A DNA stretch of 64,000 bases from Candidatus Helarchaeota archaeon (GTDB taxonomy: Archaea > Asgardarchaeota > Lokiarchaeia > Helarchaeales > RDOG01). Below are positions 47,845 to 59,004 of this stretch, piece after piece. The translations under genes were made by a program, and so were the position numbers. The stretch is from positions 1,169,432-1,233,431 of the forward strand of contig JAHPZH010000001.1 of the NCBI GenBank assembly GCA_019058315.1, given 5' to 3'. The notes beneath the pieces were generated by a model, which saw only the letters and a list, made by a program, of their open reading frames with translations, searched no databases and had not been told where the DNA came from. Numbering within the stretch: position 1 is the stretch's first letter; the number at the start of each line of letters is the position of its first letter.

Positions 47845-49554
47845 TTATTTACTTTCTTCTCTAAGTTCCCGTTTAAGAACTTTTCCTATTGTTGTTAATG
47901 GAAGTTCCTCTCTGAATTCCCAGAGCTTTGGTTTTTCGTATTTTGAAAGATGTTCTTCTGCGTATTTTTTAAGACTTTCTTTAACAGTTTCAATTGGTTT
48001 TTTTCCTTCTTTAAGTTGAACTACAGCTTTAACAATTTCACTACCTGGTCGCTTTGGATCTTTAACTCCAATTAGAGCACACATTTCAACATCAGGATGT
48101 TTTGTCAGTACATCTTCAACATGGACGCTATAGACTTTAAAACCTGAAACTATTAACATATCTTTAGTTCGGTCAACTATCGAGAGATATCCATTTTCAT
48201 CCATTACAGCTACATCTCCTGTATGAAGATAGCCATCCTCCGTGATTGTTTTTTTATTCGCCTCTGGTTTATTATGATACCCTCTCGTAACTTGTGGGCC
48301 TTTACATAATAATTCACCTGCTTGACCGATTTCAACGGGTTCACCAGTTTCAACATCTACGAGTTTTACTTCTGTATCTGGGAGGGGCAAACCTACAGAT
48401 CCGATTTTCTTTTTTCCATCCTTTGGGTTCATAGTAATGAGAGGGCTTGTTTCTGTCATTCCATATACTTCTAATAATTTATTTTCACCATACATAGCTT
48501 TTTCAAAGTCCTTGATTGATTCTGCTGGAAACGGAGCAGCACCTGAAATGTAGATTTTGACATTTTTCAATATGTTTATTGGAATTTTCTTCTTTAATGG
48601 ACTAGTAGAGATATTTATGAAAAGAGTTGGTACATTTACTACAAGAGTTGGTTTTTTATCAATGATTTCATTAATAATATGCTTCGTATCTCTCGGATCT
48701 GCAATTAAAACTTGGGGTCCACTAAGCCAAACTGTAGTTTGACAGAACGCCAAACCAGCGAGATGAAACATTGGGAATGCTGATAAACTTACCTCTTTAC
48801 CTTTTTCCAAATTCATCCAAATTTCAGTCTGATACAAATTTGAGATTAAATTATAATGTGTAAGCTCAGTCCCTTTAGGACGGCCAGTTGTACCACCCGT
48901 GTACTGAAGTAATGCAAGATCATTTTTTATATCAATATCAACTTTTTTTACATCTATTGGGGTTTCCATTACGTCTTTAAACCAAATTACTTTTTTACCG
49001 GGATATGGTTTAACCTTTCCTTTTGGGATTTTTCCTAGTAATTTTCCTAAAAATACTTTAAATCCTGAAAATCCCATATATTCACTTATATTAGTAGCTA
49101 TTATACATTTAAGATTAGGAACTTTACCTAGAATCTTTCGTGTTATATCAGCGTATACTTTATCCAAAGTAATCATGAATTTAGCTGAACTATCATTTAA
49201 TTGATATTCAATTTCATCATCACTTAAAAGTGGTGAACATCCCGAGGCAGCCCCACCTGCTAATAGAGTTCCAAAATGTGCTGCCATATATTGAGGACAA
49301 TTTGGTAAATTAATAGCTACAACATCCCCTTTTTCCAGTCCATTCTTCTGTAGAAAAGTTGCAAAACGTTTTATCATATCTAATAATTCTCTATAGGAAA
49401 TCTCTCTTGCCATAAACCAGCATGCTGGCTTATCTGGAAATTCTTCCATGGCTTGAGTAAATATAGTTCCAAGGTCTTCAGTAGGATAATCTAAACTTGG
49501 CTTAACAAATGGATCATATGATTTGGTCCAAATTTTTTCATCATAAATTGTCAT
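47845..49554 (-). CDS. long-chain fatty acid--CoA ligase
   Basis: YTGGTTGRPKG, YGMTE, HTGD, DRTKD, GKVL. Confidence 0.92.
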   Translation of the reverse strand: MTIYDEKIWTKSYDPFVKPSLDYPTEDLGTIFTQAMEEFPDKPACWFMAREISYRELLDMIKRFATFLQKNGLEKGDVVAINLPNCPQYMAAHFGTLLAGGAASGCSPLLSDDEIEYQLNDSSAKFMITLDKVYADITRKILGKVPNLKCIIATNISEYMGFSGFKVFLGKLLGKIPKGKVKPYPGKKVIWFKDVMETPIDVKKVDIDIKNDLALLQYTGGTTGRPKGTELTHYNLISNLYQTEIWMNLEKGKEVSLSAFPMFHLAGLAFCQTTVWLSGPQVLIADPRDTKHIINEIIDKKPTLVVNVPTLFINISTSPLKKKIPINILKNVKIYISGAAPFPAESIKDFEKAMYGENKLLEVYGMTETSPLITMNPKDGKKKIGSVGLPLPDTEVKLVDVETGEPVEIGQAGELLCKGPQVTRGYHNKPEANKKTITEDGYLHTGDVAVMDENGYLSIVDRTKDMLIVSGFKVYSVHVEDVLTKHPDVEMCALIGVKDPKRPGSEIVKAVVQLKEGKKPIETVKESLKKYAEEHLSKYEKPKLWEFREELPLTTIGKVLKRELREESK

Positions 49555-49751
49555 AAATTCTTACCTCTTTTTAATTTTAAAAATTGATCAGATTTTACAC
49601 TTTTAATTTATATTTTAATGACGATTTAAAATTTATTTTAAATATTAAATAAATGTTAAATGATTGAAGATTAAATCTAGAGTATGATATAAAATAATTT
49701 AAGGTTATACCATTAAAAATAAAAAAATTAAAAAGAAAAAATTAGAATATT

Positions 49752-51461
49752 TTATTTATTTTCGTCTCTAAGTTCCCGCTTTAAGACTTTACCAACAGTT
49801 GTTAATGGAAGTTCTTCTCTAAATTCCCACATCTTTGGTTTTTCATATTTAGAAAGGTTTTCATCAGCAAATTTTTTAATCTCGTTTTTTATCTCTTCAG
49901 TTGCTTTAATTCCCTCTTTAAGCATAATATAACATTTAACTATTTCACTGCCAGGTCTACTCTTGTCTGGGATTCCGACTAAGGCTGCTATTTCAATTTT
50001 ATCATGTTTTGTTAAGACATCTTCTACATGAACAGAATAAACCTTGAATCCGCTGACGATGATCATGTCTTTAACACGATCCACAATCTGTACATGCCCA
50101 TCCTCATCCATGGTACCCACATCTCCCGTGTGTAACCAACCATCGGGTTCGATTGTTTTTGCTGTAGCTTCCGGTTTATTATGGTACCCTTTAGTAACTT
50201 GTGGTCCTCTAAACAGTAATTCACCAGGTTTTCCTAGTTCTACTGGTTCTCCAGTCTCTATATCCACGATTTTTATTTCAGTATCTTGAAGAGGTAATCC
50301 TACTTTTCCAATTTTCTTTTCACCAAGATATGGATTTGCTGTAACTAAAGGTGATGTCTCGGTCTGTCCATATACCTCCAAAACTTTATTTTCTGCTTTC
50401 ATTGCTTTTTCGAAATCTTTAATTGCCTCTGCTGGAAATGGGGCAGCCCCAGAAACATAAGCCTTAACCTTATCAAGTGTAGACTTTGGGATCTTTTTAG
50501 ACTTTTTATCATTCACGATCATATTATATAAAGTTGGTACATTAGCCAAAATGGTAGGTCTCTTTTCAATCCATTCTGCAATTATATGACCTGTGTCCCT
50601 CGGATTTGCTATTAGGATTTGTTTACTTTGAGTATAAACAGCAGCATGTGCAACTAAGAGTCCTGCTATATGGAACATAGGAAATCCGGAGAGGACCAGT
50701 TCATCATGAAAATCGGCCCAATTTTGCCATTGGAGTAAATTTGCGCTGATATTTTTATGAGTTAGGCGGGTCCCTTTAGGTCGTCCAGTTGTACCACCAG
50801 TATATTGAAGACAGGCTAAATCATTTTCAACATCTATTGAAACTTCTTTTACGTCGGGGGGTGTTTCCATTACTTCTTTAAACCATGTAACTTTTTTTCC
50901 AGGGTATGGTTTAACTTTACCTTTTGGGATTTTTCCTAATAATTTTCCGAGAATCACTTTAATCTTTGATAATCCCATGTATTGGCTAATATTAGTTGTA
51001 ATAATTATCTTAAGGTTGGGAAGTTTACTTAAAATTGACCTTAAATGAGCTGCATATACTTTATCTAAAGTAACAATAGCTTTTGCATTACTATCTTTTA
51101 ATTGATATTCAATTTCATCTTGACTTAATAAAGGAGAACACCCACTGGCAACTCCACCAGCTAGAAAGCAACCGAAATTAGCAACAAGATATTGTTGACA
51201 ATTTGGTAAGCAAACAGCAACAACATCCCCTTTCTCAAATCCATTCTTTTGAAGGAATGTAGCTAAGCGATGGCACATATCTCTAAGTTCTTTATATCCC
51301 ATTTCTCTTTCCATGAACCAACATGCTATCATATTTTTTTCTGCTGCCCCTTTCATTTTTTCATCGAAAATCTTTCCTAGCCCTTCAGTTGGATAGTCTA
51401 AATTAGGTTTTACATGTTTATCGTAATTTTTCGTCCAAAATTTTGATGCATATTTCTCCAT
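49752..51461 (-). CDS. long-chain fatty acid--CoA ligase (tandem paralog)
   Basis: Same motifs and identical length (569 aa). Confidence 0.92.
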   Translation of the reverse strand: MEKYASKFWTKNYDKHVKPNLDYPTEGLGKIFDEKMKGAAEKNMIACWFMEREMGYKELRDMCHRLATFLQKNGFEKGDVVAVCLPNCQQYLVANFGCFLAGGVASGCSPLLSQDEIEYQLKDSNAKAIVTLDKVYAAHLRSILSKLPNLKIIITTNISQYMGLSKIKVILGKLLGKIPKGKVKPYPGKKVTWFKEVMETPPDVKEVSIDVENDLACLQYTGGTTGRPKGTRLTHKNISANLLQWQNWADFHDELVLSGFPMFHIAGLLVAHAAVYTQSKQILIANPRDTGHIIAEWIEKRPTILANVPTLYNMIVNDKKSKKIPKSTLDKVKAYVSGAAPFPAEAIKDFEKAMKAENKVLEVYGQTETSPLVTANPYLGEKKIGKVGLPLQDTEIKIVDIETGEPVELGKPGELLFRGPQVTKGYHNKPEATAKTIEPDGWLHTGDVGTMDEDGHVQIVDRVKDMIIVSGFKVYSVHVEDVLTKHDKIEIAALVGIPDKSRPGSEIVKCYIMLKEGIKATEEIKNEIKKFADENLSKYEKPKMWEFREELPLTTVGKVLKRELRDENK

Positions 51462-51686
51462 TTCATCAACTCAATTTTGTATTTTTAATTAGCATATATA
51501 TGTTAACTTCATTATTACATTTTTCATAGAATAAGTTAATTTAAACTAAGTGGGGAGTAGAGAAATTTGCATTTTTTTTAACAGAAATCCATAATGGATT
51601 TAAAAATTGAGTTAAATTAAAATTTTAACTAAATATAAATAAGGGTTGACTTTTTTAAGCTATAAAAAATTATAAATTGGGTTTTT

Positions 51687-52763
51687 TCAGAAACCCATAA
51701 AGCTTTCACCTTTTTCTGGAATAAAATCTTGAGCTCTGATTTGTTTTAATGTTATAGCAGATTCAGGGCAATTAGTAGCACAATTTCCGCATCCCCAACA
51801 ATTATTTTGGTTTATAACTGATTTACCATCTTCAATCGTTATAGCATCGAACTGGCATTTATCAATACATGTTTCACAACCTATACAAAGTTCGGGATCG
51901 ACAGATGCTTCATATCGGGATTGATTTACAATATCTTTATAGCCATGGACAACAGCTCCTCTAATAACTCCACAAGCACATGAACAACAGTTGCAGATAA
52001 AGTACAGTCCTTTTTGCTTATTATCCACACAATGAACTAATCCGGCTTCTTCAGACTTTTTTATTACTTCTAATGCTTTTTCTTTTGTAATTTTTCTAGC
52101 AATTTTTCTTTGAATTAACATATCAGCAGCAAGATCGAGACCCAAACAAACCTCCGATGGATGGTCACATCGTCTAGCTCTTTTTCTGCATACACAATCT
52201 GTTAAGCTAATTTTTTTAGCATTGTTAATTATTTTTTCTACTTCTTCATAAGGTAATATATTGGTCTGATTCACTGAAATAGTTTCATTCACTGGTAAAA
52301 CTCTAAATAAGGGTTTTTTAGAACGTCCTAGAACATACACCATCCCAGTTTCATAATATTCATCTAATAAATCTAATAATTCTTTATGAGTATCTGGTTG
52401 AAATTTTGGATTGATGAAGACCATATCATGAAGCAATAAAGATGAAGTCGGTTTCCAATCTACCAGACCCGTTTCTTTATTTGGTTCCGGATGGACTATC
52501 CCTTTGTTTAGGAATATATCATTTAATTTTTTTACCAACTCTTTTCGATCCATGGATAATTTTTCTGCTAATTCTGGAATGGTTCCGCCATCTTTTCCCA
52601 TTTTAATTAAAAGTTCCCCATCTTCTTTAGTAAGCACTTCATATTTTTCTAAAGCCTTCAATAATTTTGCCAAAGCTTTTTGTTCTTTTATTTTATCTTC
52701 AGGAACTGATAAACTCTTCATTAGATTTTCCATATAACTATCAATTATAACTTCAATCGTCAT
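51687..52763 (-). CDS. 4Fe-4S dicluster protein with N-terminal HTH-like region
   Basis: CVCR, CNCCSCAC, CIGCETCIDKC, CWGCGNCATNCP. Confidence 0.85.
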   Translation of the reverse strand: MTIEVIIDSYMENLMKSLSVPEDKIKEQKALAKLLKALEKYEVLTKEDGELLIKMGKDGGTIPELAEKLSMDRKELVKKLNDIFLNKGIVHPEPNKETGLVDWKPTSSLLLHDMVFINPKFQPDTHKELLDLLDEYYETGMVYVLGRSKKPLFRVLPVNETISVNQTNILPYEEVEKIINNAKKISLTDCVCRKRARRCDHPSEVCLGLDLAADMLIQRKIARKITKEKALEVIKKSEEAGLVHCVDNKQKGLYFICNCCSCACGVIRGAVVHGYKDIVNQSRYEASVDPELCIGCETCIDKCQFDAITIEDGKSVINQNNCWGCGNCATNCPESAITLKQIRAQDFIPEKGESFMGF

Positions 52764-52787
52764 TCTCTAACTTCCATTTCTTTAAAA

Positions 52788-54266
52788 TTATAATCTGTTA
52801 AATTTATTACATAAAATAAAATAGATTGTATAAATTAAATAAACAACTTTAAAGTAAGTATAGTCTGAATATTCAAATTCAAAAAGAGAGTGGACTAATA
52901 AAAATTTTCTAAACATATCTGGTTTCGCTGTAATTGCTAACATACTAATAATTGCTGTGGTTTGAACCAATATTTCTTTACTTTGAATTGCTTTTTCAAG
53001 AAGTTGAAAAGCTAATTCTAAAATTTCATCATCAATCCTAGATAACATCCGTAGAGTATATATACCCCAGCCTATACCAAGAGTTGCACCAATTTTAAGA
53101 CGTGTAAGATTCCAAGATGTGTCTATAATAGAAGCTTCTTCACTATCTTTTTCTTCATTTGTTTGATATTTAGATTCAATAATTGGTGAATATTCTTCTT
53201 TTAACATTTTAATAAATTCTTCTTTTGGATTTTCTTTAAACGGAATAACTATCCCTTTGTTCGATAAAGATGCAAAGTTAATATCGGCAGATCCTCCCCC
53301 ATAAGGTTTTATAACTCCAGCTTGATTACTATAAATGAACCCTTTCAGATCTTCTGCTGCAATACTAATCAGCAATGAGACAGAGAGTTCTAAGCCGATT
53401 TCTTCATATATAGATTCTGGCGGGATTTTTGCAGCAAATGGATAATTTGAAAATTCTTCATCTGTTAATTTATCTTTTTTTGGGATTATATACAGTGGAT
53501 AACAAGCATACATGGCCAATACCGCCCACAATCCGGCATCTGAATATTTGTGAGAATTTTCCATCGCTTGAGCTTCGTCTGATAAATTTGCACTCATTAA
53601 CGTATTAGCTAAAATGGAAGCAATTCTCTTTTCATAAGGCTGTTCAAATTCGATAATTGGTTCAACTTTTTTAATTGAGCTCTTCACTTGATTCTCATCT
53701 TGAGGCGTAAACCCATAACAAATAAGTGCATTAGAAGCAACATCATAATATTCATGGTCTATTAATTCATCTAAATCTTTTGTAATTTCTTTGTATGGTA
53801 CTTTTCCAGTTTCAAGCATATATAAACATGCACCTACAGTAGCTCCCCAATTATACTCTTCCCCTTTTTGGCTCAAAGCTTTTTTGATAATCTGTTCAGA
53901 TTGAGATAATGAACCCAATCCAGCAATTATAGCAATTGCTTCTTGAATATTTTTTTTGGCTGAATCATATTCCATGTCATATTTTTTTAGATCTATTATC
54001 TCCTTGAAACTTGAAGAAAATATAAACCCTAAACCTATTGTTGCGAAGACACTTAGTAGCTCATCTTTTTCCTCAAATTTTGGTCCAGTTAATTCAACTA
54101 ATTTCTTTACAATCATAGAATCTTCTGAAATCCTTTTTTCCACTAAACCTCCAGCATTTAAAACTCCCAAAGCAAGCGCTGCTGTTTTAATTACAAAATC
54201 ATGACCCATTGAAATAAAATCTAAAAGCTTTTTCTGAATTTTTTCATACATTGGCATCCAATCCAA
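52788..54266 (-). CDS. helical repeat protein, possibly PC-repeat (Rpn1/Rpn2-like)
   Basis: AALALGVLNAG, ATIGLGFIF, DVASNALICYG, GATLGIG. Confidence 0.45.
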   Translation of the reverse strand: MDWMPMYEKIQKKLLDFISMGHDFVIKTAALALGVLNAGGLVEKRISEDSMIVKKLVELTGPKFEEKDELLSVFATIGLGFIFSSSFKEIIDLKKYDMEYDSAKKNIQEAIAIIAGLGSLSQSEQIIKKALSQKGEEYNWGATVGACLYMLETGKVPYKEITKDLDELIDHEYYDVASNALICYGFTPQDENQVKSSIKKVEPIIEFEQPYEKRIASILANTLMSANLSDEAQAMENSHKYSDAGLWAVLAMYACYPLYIIPKKDKLTDEEFSNYPFAAKIPPESIYEEIGLELSVSLLISIAAEDLKGFIYSNQAGVIKPYGGGSADINFASLSNKGIVIPFKENPKEEFIKMLKEEYSPIIESKYQTNEEKDSEEASIIDTSWNLTRLKIGATLGIGWGIYTLRMLSRIDDEILELAFQLLEKAIQSKEILVQTTAIISMLAITAKPDMFRKFLLVHSLFEFEYSDYTYFKVVYLIYTIYFILCNKFNRL

Positions 54267-54355
54267 TATTTTCAGACAATATAGAAAAATTTAATATTTG
54301 TTAATTAGTGGAACTTAATTTAAATGTATATAAAAATTAGATTTGGGTTTTTTTT

Positions 54356-55129
54356 ATGTCAAAAAATGATAATATTGAAGAATTAACTAAAAAAATTAAA
54401 GCTTACGTTAATAAATTAGATATTGATACTATAGGAATAGCGGATGCTAACAATGAGCTTTTTTTAGAGGCGCCTGAAAACCATCGCCCTAAAAATATTT
54501 TAGAAGATGCAAAATCGATTATAGTATTTGGGAAAACCCTCCCTAGAGCTATTTTTAAAATGAAATACCATCAAGAACAAATGGTACATAGACTCTATCA
54601 TAGTATCTATAAATTTTTAGATATAGCTGCTACTAGATTATCAGATTATATAGAAACATTAGGTTATTATGCAATTCCCATTCCGTCTTATATTCCTTTT
54701 AGAATAGAAAACCTCGAACCATGGGGAATTATTTCACTAAAACATGCAGCTTTAGCAGCAGGTTTGGGTCGTATAGCTAAAAATGGCTTATTAATTCATC
54801 CGAAATATGGAACTCTAATCAGATTATCAGCTGTTATTACAACAGCTAAATTGACACCTGATAATCCTTATACAGAAGAGATTTGTCTCGATTGTAACTT
54901 ATGTATTGAAAATTGTCCAGTAAAAGCCTTTGGGAAGAAAACTGGTAAATTTAATAAAATGAAGTGTTTGAACAATGTAGTTAAACATGGGCTAAATATA
55001 TTACATCCATACGACCAGAATTATGTTAAAAACATTGAACTTGTTACAAATACACTACTTATTGAATATACAGTTGGATGTACTAAGTGTTTAGAGGTAT
55101 GTCCTTTGAATTCACAGCAAAAAAAATAA
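54356..55129 (+). CDS. epoxyqueuosine reductase-like (QueG-family) Fe-S protein
   Basis: SLKHAA..AGLG.I.KN.L.IHP.YG, CLDCNLCIENCP, CTKCLEVCP. Confidence 0.8.
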   Translation: MSKNDNIEELTKKIKAYVNKLDIDTIGIADANNELFLEAPENHRPKNILEDAKSIIVFGKTLPRAIFKMKYHQEQMVHRLYHSIYKFLDIAATRLSDYIETLGYYAIPIPSYIPFRIENLEPWGIISLKHAALAAGLGRIAKNGLLIHPKYGTLIRLSAVITTAKLTPDNPYTEEICLDCNLCIENCPVKAFGKKTGKFNKMKCLNNVVKHGLNILHPYDQNYVKNIELVTNTLLIEYTVGCTKCLEVCPLNSQQKK

Positions 55130-55334
55130 ATCAATTCTAATAGGATTTTTTTTTTATGTTTGCCTTATAGGCTTTTCATCTTGCGTTATCTAATTATTTT
55201 TTAACCAAATTATCTATATTTCTTCTAATTTTTATATCTAAAAGGGGATTTGAACCTTCTTTAAAAATTTAAAAGGCTATGTGAGAAATAATAATAAATT
55301 CATACTATATGGAAATAAAAATGGCGGAATAATT

Positions 55335-56342
55335 ATGTCAAAAAGCAAAAAGATGAAAAAAAAATATGGTCCTGAATATCTTTTTGGCTTTGCACAATCA
55401 TTCCACGAATTATTGGTAATTACTTCAGGAATTGAACTGAATTTATATGATTTAATTAATCATCATAAATCAATTTCATCTAAAAAATTATCATCTTTAA
55501 AAGGTTATTCCGAAACTCTAATAAATTCATGGTGTAAAGCTGCTACCGCAATTGGTCATTTAAAATTCGAAAATACAAATTATTCTCTTTCTAAATTTGC
55601 GAAAAATTTTCTAACTAAAGACTCACCTAGTTATTTAGGATTTATCTTTCAAAATATAGAAGGCTTATTTTTTATTTATAACACTTTAAAAGAGAGGTTT
55701 GATGGGCATTATCCACCCATAAAAGGTTCTCATGCTGTTAGTACTATTAAAAGTATAGCACCTCTAGCAAATATAATAGTCCCCATCTTACGAAATGAAA
55801 TTCCAAGATTAAATGAAAAGTGTGAATTCTTAGATTTAGGTTGTGGTCTTGGTAGTTATTTAGTAAAACTAGCAGAATTGAATCCCCAATTTCAAGGAAC
55901 GGGAATAGAAGGTGGATGGGGATTAGAAGTGGTTAATGAGGCAAGAAACTATATTAAGCAGAATAACATGGAAAGCCAAATTAAAATTATTAATGCCGAT
56001 ATTTTAAAATTTAAACCCGAACAAAATTTTGATGTAATTTTTATGAGTGGTTCCATTCAAGCTTTCCGAGAAAAAGATGCACAAAAGATTTTAAATAAAT
56101 CTTATGATTGGTTGAAAAAACAAGGAACAATTGCTATTCAAGAATTTATAATCAATGAAAATAGATTGGAACCTCAGTCAAATGCTCTATTTGATTTTTA
56201 CTTACGTTTAGCATCTCCAAATGCCGGATTATATTCATATCAAGAATTATATAATATGTTAGAGATTGCGGGATTTATAGAAATTAAAAAATATGATATT
56301 ATATCTGGATTGAGTCATATTATAGCTAAAACCAAAAATTAA
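55335..56342 (+). CDS. class I SAM methyltransferase with N-terminal winged-helix/dimerisation domain
   Basis: LDLGCGLG; O-methyltransferase-like architecture. Confidence 0.85.
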   Translation: MSKSKKMKKKYGPEYLFGFAQSFHELLVITSGIELNLYDLINHHKSISSKKLSSLKGYSETLINSWCKAATAIGHLKFENTNYSLSKFAKNFLTKDSPSYLGFIFQNIEGLFFIYNTLKERFDGHYPPIKGSHAVSTIKSIAPLANIIVPILRNEIPRLNEKCEFLDLGCGLGSYLVKLAELNPQFQGTGIEGGWGLEVVNEARNYIKQNNMESQIKIINADILKFKPEQNFDVIFMSGSIQAFREKDAQKILNKSYDWLKKQGTIAIQEFIINENRLEPQSNALFDFYLRLASPNAGLYSYQELYNMLEIAGFIEIKKYDIISGLSHIIAKTKN

Positions 56343-56400
56343 AATTTTATAGGAATATGTTTTCCTATTAGAACAGAATTAATAATTTTGAGTAGATTAC

Positions 56401-57624
56401 ATGCGAGAAGTAGCAATTATTGGAGTAGGACATACAAAATTTGGAAGGCTTAAAGATAAAGATTTAATGGATTTATTGATAGAATCTTCTATTCAAGCCA
56501 TTGATAATTCAAAAACTTCTGATAACGATTATGATGCAGTCTACGTTGCGAGTATGTGTTCTGGAGAATTTAATCAAATGACTGGTGTTGCAAGTGCTTT
56601 AGTAGATCGGATTAATCTACTTCCTGCAGCTGCCGATCATATAAAAAATGGACCAGCAAGTGGTGGTTCTGCAATAAAAAATGCGTTTTATTCTATTGCT
56701 TCTGGTTTATGTGATTTAGTTCTTGTTACAGGAGGAGAAAAAATGACTCATATTACAGTCCCAGGATTTGTAACCTCCGCTGTAGCAACAATAACCCATC
56801 ATTCAGCTGAGCGTATTCATGGTGTATCCCTACCCTCGTTTGCAGGACTTCTAACTCGAGCATATTTGGATAAGTATAATGCAAAAATCGAATGGTTGGA
56901 CAGTATTGCAATTAAAAATCATAAAAATGGTGCATTAAATCCTAATGCTCATTTTCAAAGAGATATAGAAGGTTTTATGAAAAGTGCAATTAAAAAAGGG
57001 AGAGGTAATTGGAATAATATAAATGAATATTTAAGAGATTTAAAAGCAAACCCCATTATCGCAGATCCTCTTCAATTATTTCATATTTGTCCTATTTCTG
57101 ATGGTGCCGCATCAGTAGTTTTATGTCCTGCAGATCAAGCTAAAAAATATTGTGATACTCCGATAAAGATTACTGGTGTAGGACAAGCTACAGATACCCA
57201 TATTATTTATGAACGAGAAGACATGACAGTCTTGGATGCATTACAAATTTGTTCAAAACAAGCTTACAAAATGGCAAAGAAAGTTCCTATGGACATAGAT
57301 GTTGCAGAACTTCATGACGCATTTGCTATATTAGAGGCGGTACAAAGTGAAGATATGGGATTTTTCAAAAAGGGCGAAGGAGCAAAAGCAGCTGCAGAAG
57401 GAAAAACTGAAATTGGTGGAGAAATTCCGATTAATCCATCAGGTGGGCTAAAAGCAAGAGGTCATCCTTTAGGAGCAACTGGAATAGCCCAAGTGGTCGA
57501 ATTGGTATGGCAACTAAGAGGTGAGGCTGGTAAACGTCAAGTTGAAGGAGCTAAGAGCGGAATTACCTGCAATTTTGGAGGATTTGGAAATAATATAGTA
57601 AGTATTTTAGTGGAGAGAATGTAA
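56401..57624 (+). CDS. thiolase-superfamily (SCP2/Ltp2-like) protein lacking the catalytic cysteines
   Basis: ISDGAA, ELHDAF, NPSGG, GHPLGATG; NGPASGG in place of NACASG. Confidence 0.85.
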   Translation: MREVAIIGVGHTKFGRLKDKDLMDLLIESSIQAIDNSKTSDNDYDAVYVASMCSGEFNQMTGVASALVDRINLLPAAADHIKNGPASGGSAIKNAFYSIASGLCDLVLVTGGEKMTHITVPGFVTSAVATITHHSAERIHGVSLPSFAGLLTRAYLDKYNAKIEWLDSIAIKNHKNGALNPNAHFQRDIEGFMKSAIKKGRGNWNNINEYLRDLKANPIIADPLQLFHICPISDGAASVVLCPADQAKKYCDTPIKITGVGQATDTHIIYEREDMTVLDALQICSKQAYKMAKKVPMDIDVAELHDAFAILEAVQSEDMGFFKKGEGAKAAAEGKTEIGGEIPINPSGGLKARGHPLGATGIAQVVELVWQLRGEAGKRQVEGAKSGITCNFGGFGNNIVSILVERM

Positions 57625-57984
57625 ATGGGTGAAATTACAGAGAAAATTATTTGGCATAAATGTAAAAAATGTGGTAAACTTCAATATCCTGAACATTTAA
57701 GATGTTTAACCTGTAAAAATAAGGAATTTGAAGAAATTGAGGCTCCAAGTGAAGCTATTTTGCTAACCTATACAATTTTAACAGCACCTCCAAAAGAATA
57801 TCGCAATAAAGAATCATATGCTTTAGGAATTGTTGAATTCCCAAATGGTATAAGAGCTCTTGGTCAAATTACGAGCGAGAAAAATCTTAAAATAGGAATG
57901 AAATTAAAGACCGAATATGCAGAAATTTGTGCAGATTTAGACGGAAAAGCAGTTCGTACCTTTGTTTTCAAACCAATAAGTTAA
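57625..57984 (+). CDS. DUF35 (Zn ribbon + OB-fold) thiolase partner
   Basis: CKKCG..YP...CLTC plus an OB fold; abuts the thiolase gene. Confidence 0.85.
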   Translation: MGEITEKIIWHKCKKCGKLQYPEHLRCLTCKNKEFEEIEAPSEAILLTYTILTAPPKEYRNKESYALGIVEFPNGIRALGQITSEKNLKIGMKLKTEYAEICADLDGKAVRTFVFKPIS

Positions 57985-58076
57985 AATCTCTTTTAAAAGT
58001 AATAATTATTTATATTATAAAAATTTAATTCAATTGTAAAAATAGCTGGGAGATATAAATAACGTTTTTACTTAAT

Positions 58077-58907
58077 ATGGAGGATTTTCTTAAATTTTGG
58101 GCAGTTTATACATATCATACTTATTATTATCCCCCTGGAACTATGCCACTACGATCTCAAACAATGTTATTTTTAATTATTCTCCTCGTTTCATTTCTCC
58201 CAGTAGCGATTCCTTTGGTTTATTACGCTTTTAAATTACAAGGGTTTACTAAACATTCTAAAATGTGGAAACCATGGAAAAAATTCGCTTTAGGTTGGTT
58301 ATTGCTAGTTATAGCTATATTTACAGGAATAACGGAATTTAGTCTCATGATCGTATTTGAAGTTCTTAAACAACGTTATATTACATGGCTTACGATAGGA
58401 TTAATTATTTCACCGCTCATGATTTTTACTTTTATTACCATTTTTTTGACAATCCGAGGAATACAACAGTTTTATAGAAGTGCCACAATAAGCGTATACC
58501 CAGAAAAAGAAATAGAAAAATTACGTTACATTCTCGTCATTCATAGAAAAGTGGGTGCTACGATTTATGATAAAAAATTAGGGGATTGGGAGTTAGATTC
58601 AGATTTAATTGGAGGATTTTTAGGTATAATACAAGAATTTAGTTCAGAAATTAAGAAAGTACGGGAACCAATGCGAAAATTGGAATATAAAAACTTTGAA
58701 ATTATATTGGAACAAGGAAAATATGCAATTTTTGCATTATTTATTGATGGTGTTGAGTCATATTGGCTTAGAGAAAAATTAAATTTATTTTCAAATGATT
58801 TTGAAAAACAATTCGAAGAAATATTTAAAGATTGGTCAGGAGAAATAACAACTTTCGAAAAAGCTGAAATTTTAGTTGATAGGATTTTTGAATTATATCG
58901 ATTATAA
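58077..58907 (+). CDS. 3-TM membrane domain + longin-like domain protein
   Basis: TM block then VIHRKVGATIY...DLIGGFL...WSGE. Confidence 0.7.
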   Translation: MEDFLKFWAVYTYHTYYYPPGTMPLRSQTMLFLIILLVSFLPVAIPLVYYAFKLQGFTKHSKMWKPWKKFALGWLLLVIAIFTGITEFSLMIVFEVLKQRYITWLTIGLIISPLMIFTFITIFLTIRGIQQFYRSATISVYPEKEIEKLRYILVIHRKVGATIYDKKLGDWELDSDLIGGFLGIIQEFSSEIKKVREPMRKLEYKNFEIILEQGKYAIFALFIDGVESYWLREKLNLFSNDFEKQFEEIFKDWSGEITTFEKAEILVDRIFELYRL

Positions 58908-59004
58908 TTGTTTTTTTAATTTTAAAATATTGAATTAAAATATATATGAATAAATAAATTTTAAATAATTAATCCATTTTAATAAAACCGAGAATCTAAA
59001 AAAT

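Noticed and set aside
47845-51461. Tandem fatty acid--CoA ligases as a novel system
   Set aside because: Ordinary paralog duplication; expansion of these enzymes is common in this kind of archaeon
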